From the IMG/VR virus record IMGVR_UViG_3300027833_000016: a stretch of DNA of 64,000 nucleotides. The stretch is one strand, 5' to 3'. The notes beneath the pieces are model-generated. The model worked only from the letters and a program-made list of their open reading frames with translations, ran no database searches and was not told the DNA's origin. Each line of letters starts with the position of its first letter. Within the stretch, counting starts at the first letter, position 1. Position numbers and translations under genes: made by a program. This stretch comes from a virus. Of the stretch, positions 46,510 through 55,998 are shown piece by piece.

Positions 46510-47043
46510 TTAACGCTTTGCTCGTGGTTTCTTTACACGAGTCTTTGCTTTAGGTCTGAATGGGGGTAAAGGTTTAATAGGTTTCTTTGATCGTAATGGT
46601 TTAGGCATCAACCCCATTGCTTGAAGTTTCTGTTCAGTCCAGATCTCGAAGTGCCACCCCCTATCTGCCGCATACTTGGTTGCTTCTTTCCACTTACTCT
46701 GGTTCTTAATATAAGTCATACCCTCGTTCAGGACGATACGTCTGGATCTACCTTGACCAGTTTTGGGTGGTAATGTCTGGGCATGGGGTTTCACCTCTAC
46801 CAATACGGTACGACCATCCCTGAACTTTATCAAGAAATCCATGAAGTACCGATGAATTCTCTTGTCAGTCTCGCATAAGTATGGTATAATGACTTCTTCG
46901 GAGTTCCACTTAACTACCTGTGCGGAATCGTCACACCACTTCATAACGTGCCTTTCCCACATACTTCGATACTGCACCTTGGTGTGATCGCCTAGATACT
47001 TATCTTTATTCGAAGGTTTGTATCTTCCCTTGTAAGTTTTCAT
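46510..47043 (-). CDS. 4: Head completion nuclease gp4 (TnsA-like)
   Basis: YKGRYKP.N..KY.GD...YRS.WE, HRYF.DF, EVKP and NQ.KW motifs. Confidence 0.92.
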   Translation of the reverse strand: MKTYKGRYKPSNKDKYLGDHTKVQYRSMWERHVMKWCDDSAQVVKWNSEEVIIPYLCETDKRIHRYFMDFLIKFRDGRTVLVEVKPHAQTLPPKTGQGRSRRIVLNEGMTYIKNQSKWKEATKYAADRGWHFEIWTEQKLQAMGLMPKPLRSKKPIKPLPPFRPKAKTRVKKPRAKR

Positions 47044-47050
47044 ATAAATA
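47043..47050 (+). promoter_or_regulatory. T4 late promoter for gp48
   Basis: TATAAATA. Confidence 0.75.
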
Positions 47051-47088
47051 GAATCATAAGAATTTAAACCTATTTATGGATTAGTTAA

Positions 47089-48210
47089 ATGCTAGATAAA
47101 TTAAAGACAAAAGCACAACAAAAAGCGGATGAACTAAAAGCAGGTGCTACTGGTTCCTATGAAGGAGGTGCTACCACTCCCAATACTGCTGAAGTTGCTT
47201 CTGGCAGTAAGAGGTTATCATACCCTTTAGATGATACCGACTATAAAGCAAGGGTTATCTTTAGTGTGCTTGGCACAGAGGATACTGGTATTGGTGATAG
47301 TTTCAGTCAATTGGCAAAGGTCGATGATAGTAAAGCAAAGGCAATCAAGGCACAGATCCAAGATAAGATTGATGAGGCAAAGGCAAATTCAAAGAATGGG
47401 GAACTTCGCCAGTCTGATATCGATGACGTTGAGGAACTAGTTGCCGAGGGTAAACAACTCAAAGCACAACAAGCACAGTTCGAAGGTCTATCAAAACAAG
47501 CAAACACCAAATCATCTATTGATGATGTGGGTGACAAAATATCATTGTACCTTCCTATGGGTCTTGCATTTCGAGACAACGTAACCTATGAGAACTTCGA
47601 TCTAGGTGTTGTTGGGGGTGCGATAGCACAGGGCGCAGGTATGGCAAGTGCTATGACAGACGGCATTGGTTCATTCATTAGTGGACTAAAAGGGCCCGGT
47701 GGTAATGATCTTGCCAAACTAGCAGGTGTTCAGTTGGCAAAGAAAGCAGGTTCGTTTGGTGCAGAAGCACAAGCGGCATTAAAGATTCAGGGTGGCGTAA
47801 CACTAAACCCTAACTCGCGTATTATGTTCAAGCAACCTAACATACGAGAGTTCGCATTCGCATTCAAGTTTATCGCAAGGTCAGCAGAAGAACAAAAGTC
47901 AGTCAATGAGATCATTAAGATATTCCGCACTGAACTATACCCTTCTAGTATTGATGCTCAAATTGGTGGACAAACTATTTCATTGGGTTACAACTTCCCA
48001 AAGAAATTTCAACTCTCTTTTGAGTATGATGGAGGAGAAATTCCCGGACTGGCAAAGATAAAACCTTGTTATCTCCGTGACGTATCTACTACATTCAACT
48101 CATCACAAATGGCAATGCACGAAGATGGTAACTTCATGGAAGTCGATATGACTCTAAGTTTCCAAGAGACTGCCGCATTGACCCAATCAGATATTGAGGA
48201 CGGATTTTAA
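47089..48210 (+). CDS. 48: Baseplate tail-tube cap gp48
   Basis: YP, LYLP, NP....F.....R.F.F.F and L.FQE pattern; synteny. Confidence 0.82.
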   Translation: MLDKLKTKAQQKADELKAGATGSYEGGATTPNTAEVASGSKRLSYPLDDTDYKARVIFSVLGTEDTGIGDSFSQLAKVDDSKAKAIKAQIQDKIDEAKANSKNGELRQSDIDDVEELVAEGKQLKAQQAQFEGLSKQANTKSSIDDVGDKISLYLPMGLAFRDNVTYENFDLGVVGGAIAQGAGMASAMTDGIGSFISGLKGPGGNDLAKLAGVQLAKKAGSFGAEAQAALKIQGGVTLNPNSRIMFKQPNIREFAFAFKFIARSAEEQKSVNEIIKIFRTELYPSSIDAQIGGQTISLGYNFPKKFQLSFEYDGGEIPGLAKIKPCYLRDVSTTFNSSQMAMHEDGNFMEVDMTLSFQETAALTQSDIEDGF

Positions 48211-49271
48211 TGTCATACTTTAAGAACTTCCCACCTGCTCTATACAAGTTTGGTGACGAACAATCCTTTGCGCTTACGACTAACTTGTCCCAGTATGTGG
48301 ATCTGATTGATCAGGTGAAGGTCAATGATATTTTCCTTCAGGACTATCTTATTCCTGCCAACGAGAGACCCGATCAAGTATCATTTAAAATCTATGGTAC
48401 TACTGACCACTACTGGACACTGTTTCTTGCGAACGATCATATCAGAGAGAATGGTTGGCCGTTAACCCTGAATGAAGTAGACACTGCCGCGATTAAACGA
48501 TATCCGCACAGGCAGGTTACTGTAAAGATTAAACAACAAGATGTCGTGGACTACTACGATGATGATAACAAACCAATCTTTAGAACTAAACTTGTAGGTA
48601 CTTCGCCTGATCAGTTTCAGATTGGTTCTAAGGTTACTGGTAACGTCTCTGGTACTCAGGGTATCATACTAAAACGTGATCTTTCATTAGGTACCTTTAT
48701 CATTGATACTATTAATGTGTCTAACCTATCTGAGATTATTGAACAAGTGGTCGTTCCTAACGGTAATGGTATTGTTGTTTTAGAAAGAACAGATGTTAAC
48801 GAGGCAGAGACATTTGACTTACCACTCCAGTGGGTGTTACTAAAGGATGATGTTCCTGTTAACGTAACAAAGACACTAGATCCCTTTAAACGTAAGGCAA
48901 CAATAAGCGGTATACCGTTTAGTCCTACTTCAGTATATAAATTGTCTTACTGGTTAAGTACCAAGAACTTGACAGACGGTAAGTTTACTGCGAACGAAGA
49001 ACTATCCTATCGTAACCCAGATGGATTCGATACTTCAATGATCGTTGAGTCTGATGTTGAACAATATAAAGGTACTCATCACTACGAAGATGCGACTGGT
49101 GCATGGGTGGATATTGATCCGCTATCCCAGACGATACCTTCGGGGGCGGTAAAGGTAACTTTCCTAGACAACCTACGAAAGAACAACGAGAAGTTGAGAC
49201 AAATTAAGATACTAAAACCTTCTTCTATTAAAGGTTTGGTGAATGAGTTCGCAAAAGTAATGAGTGAATAA
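48210..49271 (+). CDS. 53: Baseplate wedge gp53
   Basis: YFKNFP, ERPDQVS..IYG....W, WP, HHYE and N...R.IKIL motifs. Confidence 0.88.
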   Translation: MSYFKNFPPALYKFGDEQSFALTTNLSQYVDLIDQVKVNDIFLQDYLIPANERPDQVSFKIYGTTDHYWTLFLANDHIRENGWPLTLNEVDTAAIKRYPHRQVTVKIKQQDVVDYYDDDNKPIFRTKLVGTSPDQFQIGSKVTGNVSGTQGIILKRDLSLGTFIIDTINVSNLSEIIEQVVVPNGNGIVVLERTDVNEAETFDLPLQWVLLKDDVPVNVTKTLDPFKRKATISGIPFSPTSVYKLSYWLSTKNLTDGKFTANEELSYRNPDGFDTSMIVESDVEQYKGTHHYEDATGAWVDIDPLSQTIPSGAVKVTFLDNLRKNNEKLRQIKILKPSSIKGLVNEFAKVMSE

Positions 49272-50620
49272 TGGAAAGACAATCCCAGTTTAAATACAAG
49301 GTAGCAAAGATTACGTCCGATAGGATGGGTGATCAGTTTACCTTGGATGTTCGTCCATTGATTGTTGAACTCGTGTTCTTCGAATCTTTGGACAAACCAT
49401 ATGTGACAGGACAGATTGCGATCTCTGATGATCAAGCAATCTTTGATAGTATTACATTCTCTGGTACAGAAAGAATTAATCTCCAAATGATGAGTGAGTT
49501 GTCTGCTAGTGAGAATGAAGATGTTGTTATGGATAGAAGTTTTGTTCTAACAGGCATTGACACTATTGTCAAGTCATCTAACTCTGGTTCTTCTTCGATC
49601 TATGTGTTCTCCTTTATGGACGAACACGCAATGATCAGTAAGACCAAGAACATCTCTCGCTCAGTAAAGGATGACCTCAATACCGAGATTTTAAAGTTAT
49701 GTGGTAATGAGTGTGGTGCTGATGTTGATATGTCTTATGCGTCTGAGTCTGTCCAAGGTAACTTCCGTGGTATCATACCCTATATGCATCCATTAGAAGC
49801 GGCATCATGGTTGTGCGGTAAAGCAACAACTAACCTTGGTATGCCATTCTTCTTATATGGTACTGCATTCGACAAGAACATAAGACTTGGTTCTTTGGAT
49901 AAGATGTTGGAGCAACCTGCATGGAATGAAGATATACCATTCCTGTTCTCTCCTGCCAATACACAGAAGCAAGAGTTGACTGGCGATCCTACGTCACAGT
50001 ACTTCCAAGTACAGAGTATGAAGTCTACGTCATTACAGAATACATTTAAACAACTACAGACAGGTGGTATCGGTTCAAGATATACTGTTACTGATATATC
50101 TAACGGACGTAACACTTCACAGCATTTTAGTATAGATCGTATGATTGATCAAGCAAATGAGGCAGGTCTTATTGATAAGACTAAGCAGAACATATACGAT
50201 CCCGAATATAAGACTCCTGACTTTGATGTTGTTAACATCTCTGGCGATCATCTACATGACACAGACGCACAGATATTCCACAATGTAGTTTCTCGCGGAG
50301 TGTATGGTGATAAGAAATCTTTGCATGACGAAGTAAGTCCTGCTATGTTCCTCAAGAAGATAGAGAATCTGGCATACCGTAATGCAATCTATAAGAATAT
50401 GATTGACGTTACATTACCGGGACCGGGATTCATTAAGTCTGGTGGTACTGTCGGTGACAAGATTAAGATCAATGTATTGAATGATGATAACGGTAAGGAT
50501 GGTGGACTTGATAGACTAAGGAGTGGTGATTTCCTTGTTTACAATACAAGACATACCTTTAAGAATGCTCGTCACGATGTGGCACTTACCGTGTTCAAAT
50601 TAGAGAAGGGATCAAAATGA
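49271..50620 (+). CDS. Baseplate hub protein (gp27-like)
   Basis: FESL..P..TG and SG..LV....H motifs; position between gp53 and gp5. Confidence 0.6.
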   Translation: MERQSQFKYKVAKITSDRMGDQFTLDVRPLIVELVFFESLDKPYVTGQIAISDDQAIFDSITFSGTERINLQMMSELSASENEDVVMDRSFVLTGIDTIVKSSNSGSSSIYVFSFMDEHAMISKTKNISRSVKDDLNTEILKLCGNECGADVDMSYASESVQGNFRGIIPYMHPLEAASWLCGKATTNLGMPFFLYGTAFDKNIRLGSLDKMLEQPAWNEDIPFLFSPANTQKQELTGDPTSQYFQVQSMKSTSLQNTFKQLQTGGIGSRYTVTDISNGRNTSQHFSIDRMIDQANEAGLIDKTKQNIYDPEYKTPDFDVVNISGDHLHDTDAQIFHNVVSRGVYGDKKSLHDEVSPAMFLKKIENLAYRNAIYKNMIDVTLPGPGFIKSGGTVGDKIKINVLNDDNGKDGGLDRLRSGDFLVYNTRHTFKNARHDVALTVFKLEKGSK

Positions 50621-51483
50621 TTAAGTATTATGGAGACAAGACACGATGGTTCGTGGGCGATGTCATTGACGGAACACCCCCTTATGGTTATGAAGGTAGG
50701 GTACGAGTGCGCATACACGGTGTACACAATCCGTCTGCACGTCAAATAGCACAGAACGATCTACCTTGGGCACAGGTTGTATTGCCTACTACCGAAGGTG
50801 GCGTGTCTGGTTTGGGTACTACTCCAAGAATAGAAGCAGGGGCACTAGTCTTTGGTTTCTTTATGGACGGAAAACAATCTCAGGTTCCTTTGATCCTTGG
50901 GTCAATACCTCGTACCGAATACCCTAGTCCAGTACAGAAATCTGTTGCATATCAAGATCTAACCGAAAGAACTGATCCTAACGTAGAGTTCTACAATATA
51001 TCAAAATCAGGTATCAATGAGAAGGATCCTTCTCTTGGCAACGAATTGTCTATGCAACCTATCACAGAAGTGATGGCAAAGTATCGTAGAGATATTGCTG
51101 TAAGATTCTTTTTGTCAAATGGTTACACAATCAAGCAGTCGTGTGCTATCGTGGGTGTTATGGCAGAGACAAATCCTACATTCAATACTACTTATGAGAA
51201 TGCAGGTGGTATTGGATTGATGGGATGGAGCGACATAAGATTAACTCGACTCAAACAGTTTAGCACATCTTGGATGTATTTTAGCGTACAACTTGCCTTC
51301 ATTATGTTTGAACTAAATACTACAAAGGTAGATGCAAACGTTCGTATACTTAACTCTGATGTTATTGATAAGAGTAAAGGTAAGTCTTTAGGTGAGATAC
51401 TTTCTAGATTCTATGCTCCTATTGTAAACGATTATAGTTCCCAAGTCAAGAGAGTATATGAAATATATGCTAATAAGGTATAA
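50617..51483 (+). CDS. gp5 N-terminal OB domain fused to a tail-lysozyme-like domain
   Basis: WFVG.V...GRVRVRIHG.H...LPWA...V.GFFMDG...Q.P.ILGS; C-terminal G.T..Q..AIVG...E...G.GLM.W...R. Confidence 0.85.
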   Translation: MIKYYGDKTRWFVGDVIDGTPPYGYEGRVRVRIHGVHNPSARQIAQNDLPWAQVVLPTTEGGVSGLGTTPRIEAGALVFGFFMDGKQSQVPLILGSIPRTEYPSPVQKSVAYQDLTERTDPNVEFYNISKSGINEKDPSLGNELSMQPITEVMAKYRRDIAVRFFLSNGYTIKQSCAIVGVMAETNPTFNTTYENAGGIGLMGWSDIRLTRLKQFSTSWMYFSVQLAFIMFELNTTKVDANVRILNSDVIDKSKGKSLGEILSRFYAPIVNDYSSQVKRVYEIYANKV

Positions 51484-51485
51484 CG

Positions 51486-53480
51486 ATGTCTAAGATAGAT
51501 ACAATCAATGCTAAACTTGCCGCCAATGCCAAACAGGTCGGAGCAGAGTCGCACACTGGTAATATTTTACAAGCGGCAAAGAACGCTACCGAAGTAAAGA
51601 AAGCAAACACGTTGACCGTGCTTGGTAGTGATGTGGGTGCGGTGACGAATGGTTATCAGAGTTTAGACAACTGTCCTATTAGTCAGACCGATCCAAGCAA
51701 ACTACTAAACAATGTATTATCAGGTGATACCTCTAGTAAGTTGACTCAGGTGATGCCTAGTGCTACTGCATTCCCTAGTACTGATCCTGCCGCATTCAAG
51801 GTAAAGACACTGGGTGCCGCGACTACCTCAATGGTAGCACAGGTTATCCAAACAAATGTATTCGATAGTGCAGGTGATCTAATAGGTCACGATTCTGCAT
51901 CCTTGGGATCATTGGTTCCTACCGTGACACTTGGTGCTGATGTAACTCAGACGGTAAATGAAGTAATGACTTCCTTGACTGGAATCGTACCTCCACTGGA
52001 ACCAATTACTATTGTGTCTTTGGGTGGGTCTGCCGTAGATGCTATCGCAGGTGCTATAGTAGAAGCAAAAGAATCTAAAGCAACTATCCTCGCTAAGATC
52101 AGCACCGTGGCAGGTGAAGCAAGTAAACAAGCAGGTGGGGTTGGACAAGATTCATTGAAAGGCAGTGCCGACATGAAGAAGGTAATGCAAGAAAAGGATA
52201 CATTAGTCGGTGAGGTTCTGGGTGCAGTAAGTGCCGTAGAAGGTCTTGCTGATACTGCCGCTGAAACTGCCGCAAATGCTGTAGGATCTGCGCTTGGTGG
52301 ACTACAAGACAAATTAGAAACTAGTGTCGGTGACCTTACTGCATCTATTGAAAATGGAATGTCTGATGTATTGGATGGTGTTGCCAAGGCAGTAGGCGAA
52401 GGTCTTTCTAATATTGTTGGTCAAGTTGCGGATGGATTATCTGATGTGGTAGGTTCGTTACAAGTATTGGGAGAACAATTGACAGGTGCATTGAAGAGTG
52501 CTTTCGCAGGTGCGATAGGTGGGTTGCCATTATCTGATGAAAAGATTTCCGAATTAACATTGCTTATGCAAAAGGGTGATGATGTTTCCAAGACTAAAGC
52601 GGCAGTGATACTGGCGCAAGCGGCAGATCCTAGTCCTGCTATGAAGAAGGTTATTGCAGACGCAGGTGATAATGCCTCTACTGTAACTGGTTTTAAAGAA
52701 CTAGTAGAGTCTAAAGCAAGGGCGGCAGGTATTCCTACCGCAGAAGTACAGAAGTTTAGTGCTACTCAAGACAAGATTGAAGCATCATTAGAAGCAGTGA
52801 CTACTACTATTGCAGGATCTAATGTATCCGAAGCAGGTACATTCTATAAAGAAGAAGTAGATCTAGCAGAACTTGCCAAAAGATATAAAGAATCAAGTAC
52901 TAAAGTATTCCCTTATGTTAACTCTAAGGAAGAACTTCAGTTAGAGATCCGCAAGACAACTCGTGATGTTAGTGAGATCGTAGTCCATGCCACCGAGAGT
53001 TACACCAATGCTAATATCGGTAGTGAAGAGATTCATATACGACACATCGAAGCAGGGCATGATGGTATTCAATATCACTATGTCATTAGACGCGATGGTA
53101 CACTACAACGTGGTATGCCAACGGATACTCCGAGTACTGCCAGTGCTATTCTGGGGCACGACAAGAACTGTATTGATGTTGCATTGGTCGGTGGTGTTAA
53201 CGTACCGTCCGAAGCAGACTATCCATTGTTAAATTTAAGTGCATCATCATTTACCCAAGCACAGATGAAGACTCTAGAAGCAGTATGTGAATCATTCTAT
53301 CTGAAAGTTTCGGGTGGTCAAGTGATGGGTCACAATGCTATAGATAGAAACTCTCAAGATCCATACTTTGATGTTGTGTCTTATGTCGAAAACAAGTTCG
53401 GCAAGAAGAGTGTGTACAAAGACCTTCTGACCGAAACATCATTATCACTGAAAGACTTGATTACGAAGAGAGCAGTATGA
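51486..53480 (+). CDS. Long helical protein with C-terminal N-acetylmuramoyl-L-alanine amidase (T7-lysozyme-like)
   Basis: IVVHAT, YHYVIRRDG, LVGG, FT.AQ and GHN...P.FDV motifs. Confidence 0.8.
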   Translation: MSKIDTINAKLAANAKQVGAESHTGNILQAAKNATEVKKANTLTVLGSDVGAVTNGYQSLDNCPISQTDPSKLLNNVLSGDTSSKLTQVMPSATAFPSTDPAAFKVKTLGAATTSMVAQVIQTNVFDSAGDLIGHDSASLGSLVPTVTLGADVTQTVNEVMTSLTGIVPPLEPITIVSLGGSAVDAIAGAIVEAKESKATILAKISTVAGEASKQAGGVGQDSLKGSADMKKVMQEKDTLVGEVLGAVSAVEGLADTAAETAANAVGSALGGLQDKLETSVGDLTASIENGMSDVLDGVAKAVGEGLSNIVGQVADGLSDVVGSLQVLGEQLTGALKSAFAGAIGGLPLSDEKISELTLLMQKGDDVSKTKAAVILAQAADPSPAMKKVIADAGDNASTVTGFKELVESKARAAGIPTAEVQKFSATQDKIEASLEAVTTTIAGSNVSEAGTFYKEEVDLAELAKRYKESSTKVFPYVNSKEELQLEIRKTTRDVSEIVVHATESYTNANIGSEEIHIRHIEAGHDGIQYHYVIRRDGTLQRGMPTDTPSTASAILGHDKNCIDVALVGGVNVPSEADYPLLNLSASSFTQAQMKTLEAVCESFYLKVSGGQVMGHNAIDRNSQDPYFDVVSYVENKFGKKSVYKDLLTETSLSLKDLITKRAV

Positions 53481-54916
53481 CTACAACAACTAAAAAGGTA
53501 TCGATAGGTGACAATCCCGCAGTAGAGAATACTGAAGGGGTACCAATTGATGGTTTCCAAGATCCCACAGGTGAGTATCCCAAGAGAGAATACCACTACG
53601 GATCATCGATAAACAAATCTGCTCGTGGACTAAAGGTAGAGAACCTTTATCTGGGTGGTGGTACCGAAGGGGTATCGCTGAATCTAGAAGACCAAGAACC
53701 TTCTCGTTTCCCTTTCAACCAAGTCAAGGAGACTTCCTCTGGACATATCATCTCATACGATGATACTCCCGGTGGTGAACGCGTACTTATCAAACATCGT
53801 ACAGGTGCAGGTGTAGAAGTTCGGGCAGATGGATCTGTCATTATCTCTTCTTTGAATAATAAGGTTGAAGTAACTGGGGGTGACCAAACTGTTATTGTTG
53901 AAGGTAATGGTAAGTTGGTGTATAATGGTAACCTCAACCTAGAAGTTACTGGAGATTACAATGTCAATGTTGGGGGCGACTACAACGTCAACACCAACGG
54001 CAATCAAAACACCAAGGTAAGAAAGAACAACATAACCGAAGTAGGATTGAACACAAACTATCTTACCAAAGGGACTCATGTCCAGAAGACAGTAGAACAC
54101 GAGTCGCGTATCGTATTAGGTAACGAGAATCATATCGTTAAGGGATACTGGAGAAACCAGATTGGTGCAGAGATCGAAATGTTCACTGGTAACCGTTTCC
54201 AAGTATCTGCTGAAGAAGAGTTTGCAATCACTGCACTTCAAGGTAATATCTCTGCGACTGAACTCTCAGTAATTGGTATGAAGGGTGTGATTGGTGGTGA
54301 GGCAGTTGAGTTTACATCTCCTGTCTATATGGGGCCAATGGGTGCCACACCATTTACTTCGGGTGCATCTTTCTATGGTTCATTCCACGGACAGGCACTA
54401 GAAGCAATCAAATCTAACTATGCATACAAAGCAGAGAATGCCAAGACTTCCGAGAAAGCAAGTAAGGAAAGTCCGGGACAACCAAGTGGTGGTGCCCCAG
54501 AAGTACCTACCAATATGGAAAGTCTTACCCCTGTTAAACCAGTACCAATTTGTGATGCGGTTTCGGGTATACTTTCTGATGGACATCTTTCTATCCGTGC
54601 AGTTTCAATCGATCCGCTTGATGCATTGAGAAACTCGTTATTATTACGAGACGATTATGCAGGGTTGTTTGAGAAAGATCCAACCATTGATGAGATTAGA
54701 TCAACGCTAAGAGACGTTGCCAACCGAACAATTAAGAATGAAGAAGATCAGAAGTTCGTTGATATACTAATACAGAACGAAGTGATAAGTGCCCAATGGG
54801 AAGCACCATTACCATTTAAGATAGGTCGTGTTGCAAAAGGAACTGCTACAACTCCAACATTCGGATACACCGCATTAGGTAACTCAATAGACCATAGAGG
54901 AAAGATATTCAAATGA
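53477..54916 (+). CDS. gp5 C-terminal portion (beta-helix spike)
   Basis: GFQDP.G.YP, PFNQV.ET.SGH...DDTPG.ER...H..G and VxG repeats. Confidence 0.85.
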   Translation: MTTTTKKVSIGDNPAVENTEGVPIDGFQDPTGEYPKREYHYGSSINKSARGLKVENLYLGGGTEGVSLNLEDQEPSRFPFNQVKETSSGHIISYDDTPGGERVLIKHRTGAGVEVRADGSVIISSLNNKVEVTGGDQTVIVEGNGKLVYNGNLNLEVTGDYNVNVGGDYNVNTNGNQNTKVRKNNITEVGLNTNYLTKGTHVQKTVEHESRIVLGNENHIVKGYWRNQIGAEIEMFTGNRFQVSAEEEFAITALQGNISATELSVIGMKGVIGGEAVEFTSPVYMGPMGATPFTSGASFYGSFHGQALEAIKSNYAYKAENAKTSEKASKESPGQPSGGAPEVPTNMESLTPVKPVPICDAVSGILSDGHLSIRAVSIDPLDALRNSLLLRDDYAGLFEKDPTIDEIRSTLRDVANRTIKNEEDQKFVDILIQNEVISAQWEAPLPFKIGRVAKGTATTPTFGYTALGNSIDHRGKIFK

Positions 54917-55518
54917 TAGTTTTACCTGACCAGAAGTTCAACCCTAACTTCCAAGACATAATATCGTCTAGTACGAAACTAGCACCGGGAGTTTCACTTG
55001 CTAAGTTCCTTGGCACCAAAGGCAACCCATGTAGTTTGACAACCGTACCCAAGTATCAGAATGACCAGACAGAACGGAAACAACTAGCACGGAACCTATA
55101 CCTCCACGCAGAACTGTTCCGTAGTGTTAATGGTAATACTGATATGTTCAAGGACGTTCGTTTGATTGTGACCGAAAGTGTCTACCGTGGTGGCCCAATA
55201 GAAACAGTTGCAGGTGATAACCTCACTAAGCAAGAAGGTCGATTGGTAGTATATAAAGTAGTGGGAGAAGACGGAAAGATCGATTATGAGAGAACGTTTG
55301 ATCTAGCAGTGTTTTGGAAAGACTACATGAACTATGATAAACTCTCATTAGAATACGATATGTGGAATCCCAATGGTGTACTGAATGCGCAGATTGCAGT
55401 CGAAACACCCAAGGTACCAGAGTCTTTTGATGTATCATTTGGTGGTAAAGTACAGACTAACTTTAATGGGTCGCTTTTATCGGCAGATGAACTCACAGAA
55501 GTTCTAGAAGATGTATAA
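54913..55518 (+). CDS. Baseplate-associated hypothetical protein
   Basis: ATGA-coupled to gp5C; LAPG.SL.KF...LA.NL...YR pattern (possibly a degenerate peptidase M15). Confidence 0.55.
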   Translation: MIVLPDQKFNPNFQDIISSSTKLAPGVSLAKFLGTKGNPCSLTTVPKYQNDQTERKQLARNLYLHAELFRSVNGNTDMFKDVRLIVTESVYRGGPIETVAGDNLTKQEGRLVVYKVVGEDGKIDYERTFDLAVFWKDYMNYDKLSLEYDMWNPNGVLNAQIAVETPKVPESFDVSFGGKVQTNFNGSLLSADELTEVLEDV

Positions 55519-55521
55519 ATA
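55514..55521 (+). promoter_or_regulatory. T4 late promoter
   Basis: TATAAATA upstream of gp25. Confidence 0.8.
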
Positions 55522-55548
55522 GAACTATAAGAATTTTAGGATAGTAAG

Positions 55549-55998
55549 ATGGCAAGAGCATTCTCAGTAGAAGACGGTAAACTTGATAACCAAGTCACGT
55601 TAAACGCTACAAACAACCGCGAGTACATAGACATTGATATGTCTTTCTCTGCGAAACCGACTGGTGACATTTATAAAAAGAATGCTGTGGCGGCAGTTAA
55701 GCAGTCACTCAAGAACCTATTAATGACAGCACGAACCGAGAAACCATTCCAAGCATACTTTGGATGTAATCTCAATTCGTATTTGTTTGAACTTGCAGAC
55801 GCAGGTACAGTAGGTGAGATCAAGATTGCTATCCGAGAGAATGTAAGAGTGTATGAACCAAGGGTCGATCATAAGAAATTGGTCATCCGATGTGTATTGT
55901 CTCCAGACGATAACACTCTTACAATAACATTAGTTTTTAACGTATTGAATTCTGGCGAACAATCAGAGTTCACAACACGACTGAATAGGTTACGATAA
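55549..55998 (+). CDS. 25: Baseplate wedge gp25
   Basis: DID.SF, AVKQSLKNL..T...EKPF...FG and YEPRV motifs. Confidence 0.92.
   Translation: MARAFSVEDGKLDNQVTLNATNNREYIDIDMSFSAKPTGDIYKKNAVAAVKQSLKNLLMTARTEKPFQAYFGCNLNSYLFELADAGTVGEIKIAIRENVRVYEPRVDHKKLVIRCVLSPDDNTLTITLVFNVLNSGEQSEFTTRLNRLR

Noticed and set aside
46510-47043. TnsA-like nuclease as a transposon
   Set aside because: It is T4 gp4 in its usual context next to gp2 and gp48
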